Positions 42,716-46,650 of a stretch of DNA of 46,650 bases are shown one piece after another (within the stretch, counting starts at the first letter, position 1; the number at the start of each line of letters is the position of its first letter). The notes under the pieces were generated by a model. It was not told where the DNA came from, ran no database searches, and saw nothing but the letters and a program-made list of their open reading frames with translations. Source of the stretch: Eubacteriales bacterium. GTDB taxonomy: Bacteria > Bacillota > Clostridia > Saccharofermentanales > DTU023. Made by a program: the position numbers and the translations under genes. The stretch is taken from NCBI GenBank assembly GCA_028706195.1, contig JAQWBU010000002.1:1-46650 (forward strand), written 5' to 3'.

Positions 42716-44107
42716 ATGGACGAACAACTACAAACTCAACTTTATGAAAACCGAAAATATGACGACAGAGAATACATCCTTTATCTGACAGAGCTACTGG
42801 AACTGCAGAATTTCGCTAAACTACGCGCAGAACTGGAAGATGACAATGAAGTTGACATTGCCAACTTTCTTGATACCTTGTCCGATGATAAGGTTGCTTT
42901 GGTGTTCCGAATGCTGCCAAAAGACATGGGGGCGGAAGTATTTGCTCATCTATCGACAGAGGCGCAATATAACGTAGCACTTGCTTTTTCTGATGTAGAA
43001 ACTTCTCAATTGCTGGAAGAACTTTTCGTTGATGACGCTGTTGACTTCCTCGAAGAAATGCCCGCGAACCTGGTCACTCGTGTCCTGCGCCTGACCAGCT
43101 CTCAGAAACGCACAACTATTAACCGTATTTTGCAGTATCCGGAAAATTCTGCCGGAAGCATTATGACCACTGAGTACATCAGTTTCCACAAAGATATGAC
43201 AGTGGGTCAGTCTTTGGAATATCTGCGACGTTACGGTCATAATAAAGAAATGATTTACACATGTTACGTGACCAATCCAAGCCGCATTCTGGAAGGTGTT
43301 ATATCTGTCAAAACATTATTATTGTCAGAAGATCGTGAGATTATTGGCGATATTATGGAGACAGATGTAATAAAGGTCAACACAGCGGACGATCAGGAGG
43401 ACGTAGCTCTCCTCTTCCACAAGTACGACTTTCTCGCAGTTCCTGTTGTAGACAAAGAAAATCGACTGGTCGGAATTGTCACTGTCGACGACGCCGTAGA
43501 TATCATTCAGGCTGAGACCACTGAAGACTTCGCCAAGATGGCTGCGGTGGGACCATCCGAAATCCCCTACATGAAAAGTAGTGTCTGGGAAATGGGACGG
43601 AATCGAATTGTCTGGCTCTTGATATTAATGGTTTCAGCGATTTTTTCAGGTCTGATAATACAAAATTATGAAAGCACCTTGCTACTGTATCCGTTGCTTT
43701 TCAGTTTTGTGCCCATGTTAACTGCTACTGGAGGAAATGTTGGAGCTCAAAGCAGCACTTTGATTATTCGTGGTATGGCAGTAGGAGATGTCAATATCAG
43801 AGATATCGGCAAGGTCATCTGGAAGGAATTTCGCACTGGTATTTTGCTCGGCCTGACTCTGGGAGCCATTAATTTTTTGAGAATTGCCATAATATACGAT
43901 GATCTTATGATTGCGATTGTATTATCGATATCCATGCTCTTCACTGTGTTGATTGCTGCTGTGATCGGTAGTTCTCTGCCGATGTTCGCCAAAGCTTTGA
44001 ACATCGATCCGGCAATTATGGCTACTCCTCTGATCACCACTTTGGTAGATCTGTCAGCTTTGACGGTATATTTTCTGATCGCCACTGCTTTACTACCCGG
44101 GTTGTAG
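42716..44107 (+). CDS. mgtE: Magnesium transporter MgtE
   Basis: 463 aa. N-domain, tandem CBS pair (FLAVPVVDKENRLVGIVTVDD), and a C-terminal 5-TM domain with PMLTATGGNVGAQSS. Confidence 0.93.
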   Translation: MDEQLQTQLYENRKYDDREYILYLTELLELQNFAKLRAELEDDNEVDIANFLDTLSDDKVALVFRMLPKDMGAEVFAHLSTEAQYNVALAFSDVETSQLLEELFVDDAVDFLEEMPANLVTRVLRLTSSQKRTTINRILQYPENSAGSIMTTEYISFHKDMTVGQSLEYLRRYGHNKEMIYTCYVTNPSRILEGVISVKTLLLSEDREIIGDIMETDVIKVNTADDQEDVALLFHKYDFLAVPVVDKENRLVGIVTVDDAVDIIQAETTEDFAKMAAVGPSEIPYMKSSVWEMGRNRIVWLLILMVSAIFSGLIIQNYESTLLLYPLLFSFVPMLTATGGNVGAQSSTLIIRGMAVGDVNIRDIGKVIWKEFRTGILLGLTLGAINFLRIAIIYDDLMIAIVLSISMLFTVLIAAVIGSSLPMFAKALNIDPAIMATPLITTLVDLSALTVYFLIATALLPGL

Positions 44108-44147
44108 CTGTCGCCAAAGTGTGCAATCTGAGCCCCTCCACTGCTTA

Positions 44148-44156
44148 TGGTATAAT
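44148..44156 (+). promoter_or_regulatory. Extended -10 element (TGgTATAAT) upstream of the small zinc-ribbon ORF
   Basis: TGGTATAAT at 44148-44156, followed by GGAGG (44163-44167) and the ATG at 44177. No good -35 element. Confidence 0.4.
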
Positions 44157-44176
44157 GTCTGTGGAGGCCGATACTA

Positions 44177-44380
44177 ATGAACCTGATTAAAACCACTACA
44201 ACCAGACGCAGAATGAAATACGGAGCTTTACGTAAAAATTCCGTTCAGGAAACAAAATCGGATGCGTATCTTTGCCCTAATTGTAAGAAACTCGTCAGTT
44301 ATGTTCCGGTTTTCACGCTGAGACGCTGTGTCTATTGCAACCAGGAACTAATCTGGGAACCTGAAGCTGAGACAAACTAG
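44177..44380 (+). CDS. Small basic zinc-ribbon protein (hypothetical)
   Basis: 67 aa. CPNC...16 aa...CVYC four-cysteine ribbon, a basic N-terminus, own RBS and -10, followed by a strong terminator. Confidence 0.45.
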   Translation: MNLIKTTTTRRRMKYGALRKNSVQETKSDAYLCPNCKKLVSYVPVFTLRRCVYCNQELIWEPEAETN

Positions 44381-44474
44381 TAATTTTTTCATACTTTAAG
44401 CTATTTATTCACATTCAAAATGTAAACTCTATTTATCACATAATATAAATTAATGTAAGTTAAATAATGAACGC

Positions 44475-44501
44475 AAAAGCTCCACCAAAGTGGAGCTTTT
44501 T
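44475..44501. terminator. Bidirectional intrinsic terminator between the zinc-ribbon ORF and the DHHW gene
   Basis: AAAAGCTCCAC-CAAA-GTGGAGCTTTT. An 11-bp perfect stem that includes A/T runs on both sides. Confidence 0.8.
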
Positions 44502-44552
44502 ATGATTAGAATTACATTGTGTTCTCGGGTCGTGGAGCTCATCAGTGTTTCA

Positions 44553-45710
44553 CTATGGTTGAATCGCTCGATCAAAGCCGGCTGTCCAGGTGGGATTAGC
44601 AGTGGCCAGAGCATAGTTTGTGACTAATACCTCCTGTATCCCCTCTGAACTGACAAACTGAGGAATACTGCCCTGGAAGTGACGTGGATCTATCTCGTAG
44701 ACATACTCGTAGTTGTTTGCCAGATGCGGCAGGAAAGCTTTAGCGTAAGAGTCTTTGATGACAAGGATCTTCTTTCCGTTTTTGACGCCACTTGTTATCT
44801 GCATCAATGGGGCATCTCCACCGGAGAAGGCCATATATTTCTCATTGCTGTCCGGATTCCAGGTCGTTGCCAGTAAATGCATCTGATAACCACCGGTTTT
44901 GACTGAATCCGGATAAACCCAGGCAGCTGCGTCATAATTTTTCGGGCGGTATACCGTTACGTTGTCAGGCAGTATCGCAGCTTTTCCTTCACCATAAGAG
45001 TAAAGATAACCATAAAATTCACCGAGATCATACTCCTCATACTCACTCAGAGGCAGAGCTTCCTGACCGGAATCTTTGCAAAAGGCGACATATCCATAAT
45101 ATGCACCGAGTCCGGTCCAATGGTGATCCGTTTTGAAATATACGTATTCATCGTAGTGCTGTAGCATTTCATCATAGGCGTTTACTGCTACTACTCCATC
45201 CTTTAATCCACCATAAATCATCTCAATAGCCGTGCGTTGCGAGTGGCTGCCTGTATGATAGTCAGCCGGAGTATAAAACTCACCTGAGGTTGGGACAATC
45301 ATGCTGTACAAAGTTACTGAAGCAGGCAAGTTGTCACGTAGTTTGTTAATCCTTGCAGAATAATTCGAAATACCTGTTTCATTCAGTCCAAAGAGTTCCA
45401 TTATACGATCATTCATGATCATGACGCCCTGATTGAAGGTGGGGTTACCCTCAACATCCTCCGGATCTTCAATCCGTTGCTCAGTTGACGTGGTGGTCGT
45501 TGTCGGAGGGAGAGTAGTAGTCTGTGTGCTTTGAGTTGTTGTGCTATCCTCAGTCACCGCTGCTGTGGGATCAGTAGCTTTTGTGTCCTCAGTAGTATCT
45601 GTCTGTTTCGTTTCCGGAACGAGATAATCCGCAGGATCGTTGGCGCAGGCGGTCACAGCACCAAACATTAATGACATTGCCAGAATGAGCAATAAAAACT
45701 TCTTTTTCAT
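44553..45710 (-). CDS. DHHW-family lipoprotein (AlgX/AlgJ-like SGNH-type putative O-acyltransferase partner)
   Basis: 385 aa. Lipobox VTAC, a long Thr-rich linker, and the eponymous motif FKTDHHWTGLGAYYGY. GAGGAG RBS. Confidence 0.85.
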   Translation of the reverse strand: MKKKFLLLILAMSLMFGAVTACANDPADYLVPETKQTDTTEDTKATDPTAAVTEDSTTTQSTQTTTLPPTTTTTSTEQRIEDPEDVEGNPTFNQGVMIMNDRIMELFGLNETGISNYSARINKLRDNLPASVTLYSMIVPTSGEFYTPADYHTGSHSQRTAIEMIYGGLKDGVVAVNAYDEMLQHYDEYVYFKTDHHWTGLGAYYGYVAFCKDSGQEALPLSEYEEYDLGEFYGYLYSYGEGKAAILPDNVTVYRPKNYDAAAWVYPDSVKTGGYQMHLLATTWNPDSNEKYMAFSGGDAPLMQITSGVKNGKKILVIKDSYAKAFLPHLANNYEYVYEIDPRHFQGSIPQFVSSEGIQEVLVTNYALATANPTWTAGFDRAIQP

Positions 45711-45844
45711 TTATTTCTTTCTCCTCATGAAATTAATTCAGGTATCAGTACATTTATTTTAGACTGTAAAATTCAAACTTAACGCAATATTAGCATATAT
45801 CACTTTATTATTAGCTGATTGTAATCAATTCTCAACATTAAATT

Positions 45845-46576
45845 TCAGCCTTGCCAGGGCTCCCCCCATGATTCCCTAGTGGCTCTGCCATCCCCGGATA
45901 TCGGCATGGGAGAGTCCATCCTTGCAGGCTGGGCGTCACTTAGCACTTCGTAAACAGCTTTCAATCTGGCTCCGTATTCCCGCAGAAATGTATATGTGCT
46001 TGAATTGTATTCACGCGCGTCTGTTACATAGCCGTGGTAATCGTAATCCAAAGCCCGTGCGATATACAGGGCACGCTGAAGATGGAAAGTCTGAGTGACG
46101 ACAATAGCTTTCTCAATTCCAAAAACATGATGCGATCGATAGATTGAGTCATAGGTATCGAGCCCAAAGTGATCCATGAAAATCGCTTCATCAGGTATGC
46201 CTTGTTCGAGCAGATAGCGACCCATAACAGCAACTTCGTTATAGTTATCTTCGCGGTGGTCACCTGTTACGAGAATCCGGTCAGATATTCCTGAGTTATA
46301 AAGTTCAACCGCACCATCCAGGCGGTCGCGCAACATATCACTGGGATAATAGTTGTCGAGAACCTGTGCTCCCAATACTATTATGGCATCATAGGGCGGT
46401 TCAACTTCATCAATTTCAACAATCATAGCGCCGCCGCGCCATGCGACCCAGCGATCAACTGCAAATACCATCAGTACTGCCGCCAGGATAATCACCAGAA
46501 TGGAGATCAGAATTGCTTTAACAATTTTTCCGACTATTCGTATAATATTGCCTGCTGTAGATTTCAGTTCTTGCAT
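45845..46576 (-). CDS. SanA/YdcF (DUF218) family membrane-anchored protein
   Basis: 243 aa. N-terminal TM anchor followed by a DUF218 core (AIIVLGAQV...ILVTGDH...VVTQTFHLQRALYIA). Confidence 0.82.
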   Translation of the reverse strand: MQELKSTAGNIIRIVGKIVKAILISILVIILAAVLMVFAVDRWVAWRGGAMIVEIDEVEPPYDAIIVLGAQVLDNYYPSDMLRDRLDGAVELYNSGISDRILVTGDHREDNYNEVAVMGRYLLEQGIPDEAIFMDHFGLDTYDSIYRSHHVFGIEKAIVVTQTFHLQRALYIARALDYDYHGYVTDAREYNSSTYTFLREYGARLKAVYEVLSDAQPARMDSPMPISGDGRATRESWGEPWQG

Positions 46577-46650
46577 TATGCCTTTCCTCTGGATACAATT
46601 CTGACGTGCCTGACTGTCATTATACAGATAACCGAAGTCAAGTCCCCATT

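Noticed and set aside
38588-44196. Antisense ORFs 38588-38965, 39581-39916, 41266-41739, 42950-43240 and 43747-44196
   Set aside because: All lie opposite well-supported permease, lpdA or mgtE coding sequence. They have no independent signals.

Overview
This 46.65 kb window looks like a Firmicutes/Clostridia-type chromosome, about 90% coding and mostly housekeeping. All protein calls come from motif and architecture recognition by eye. No homology search, HMM or folding program was run.

The left end carries the Firmicutes arrangement SRP-RNA(ffs)-dnaX-ybaB-recR, then pepT, and a minus-strand mazG-yabO-divIC block. Next come:
- lplA, a large orphan HerA/FtsK-like ATPase, a ThrC-family enzyme, mobA and trpS;
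- an MFS transporter, a class II aldolase, and a tRNA-Asp/tRNA-Phe pair;
- an XdhC + THEP1-like NTPase pair;
- a clostridial-type histidine-utilisation operon (hutU-ftcD-hutI plus a PHP phosphatase);
- a zinc deaminase, an HTH-beta-helix protein and an LtaS-family sulfatase.

The right half holds upp, a THUMP RNA methyltransferase, a BMP-family nucleoside-type ABC transporter (4 genes), lpdA, ridA, mgtE, a small zinc-ribbon ORF, a DHHW protein and a SanA/DUF218 protein.

The most system-like accessory element is a compact 5.3 kb Tad/Flp-like pilus module at 27498-32801. It consists of a TadZ-like protein with degenerate receiver and Walker A motifs, a CpaF/TadA ATPase, a fused TadB-TadC platform, and a Flp1-like prepilin whose gene overlaps an FHA-domain protein gene. 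No prepilin peptidase or minor pilins are present in the window. I rank this module as the best candidate for something under-described. The orphan 809-aa HerA-like ATPase and the cytoplasmic HTH-beta-helix fusion come next.

I saw no CRISPR array, IS element, integrase or rRNA.
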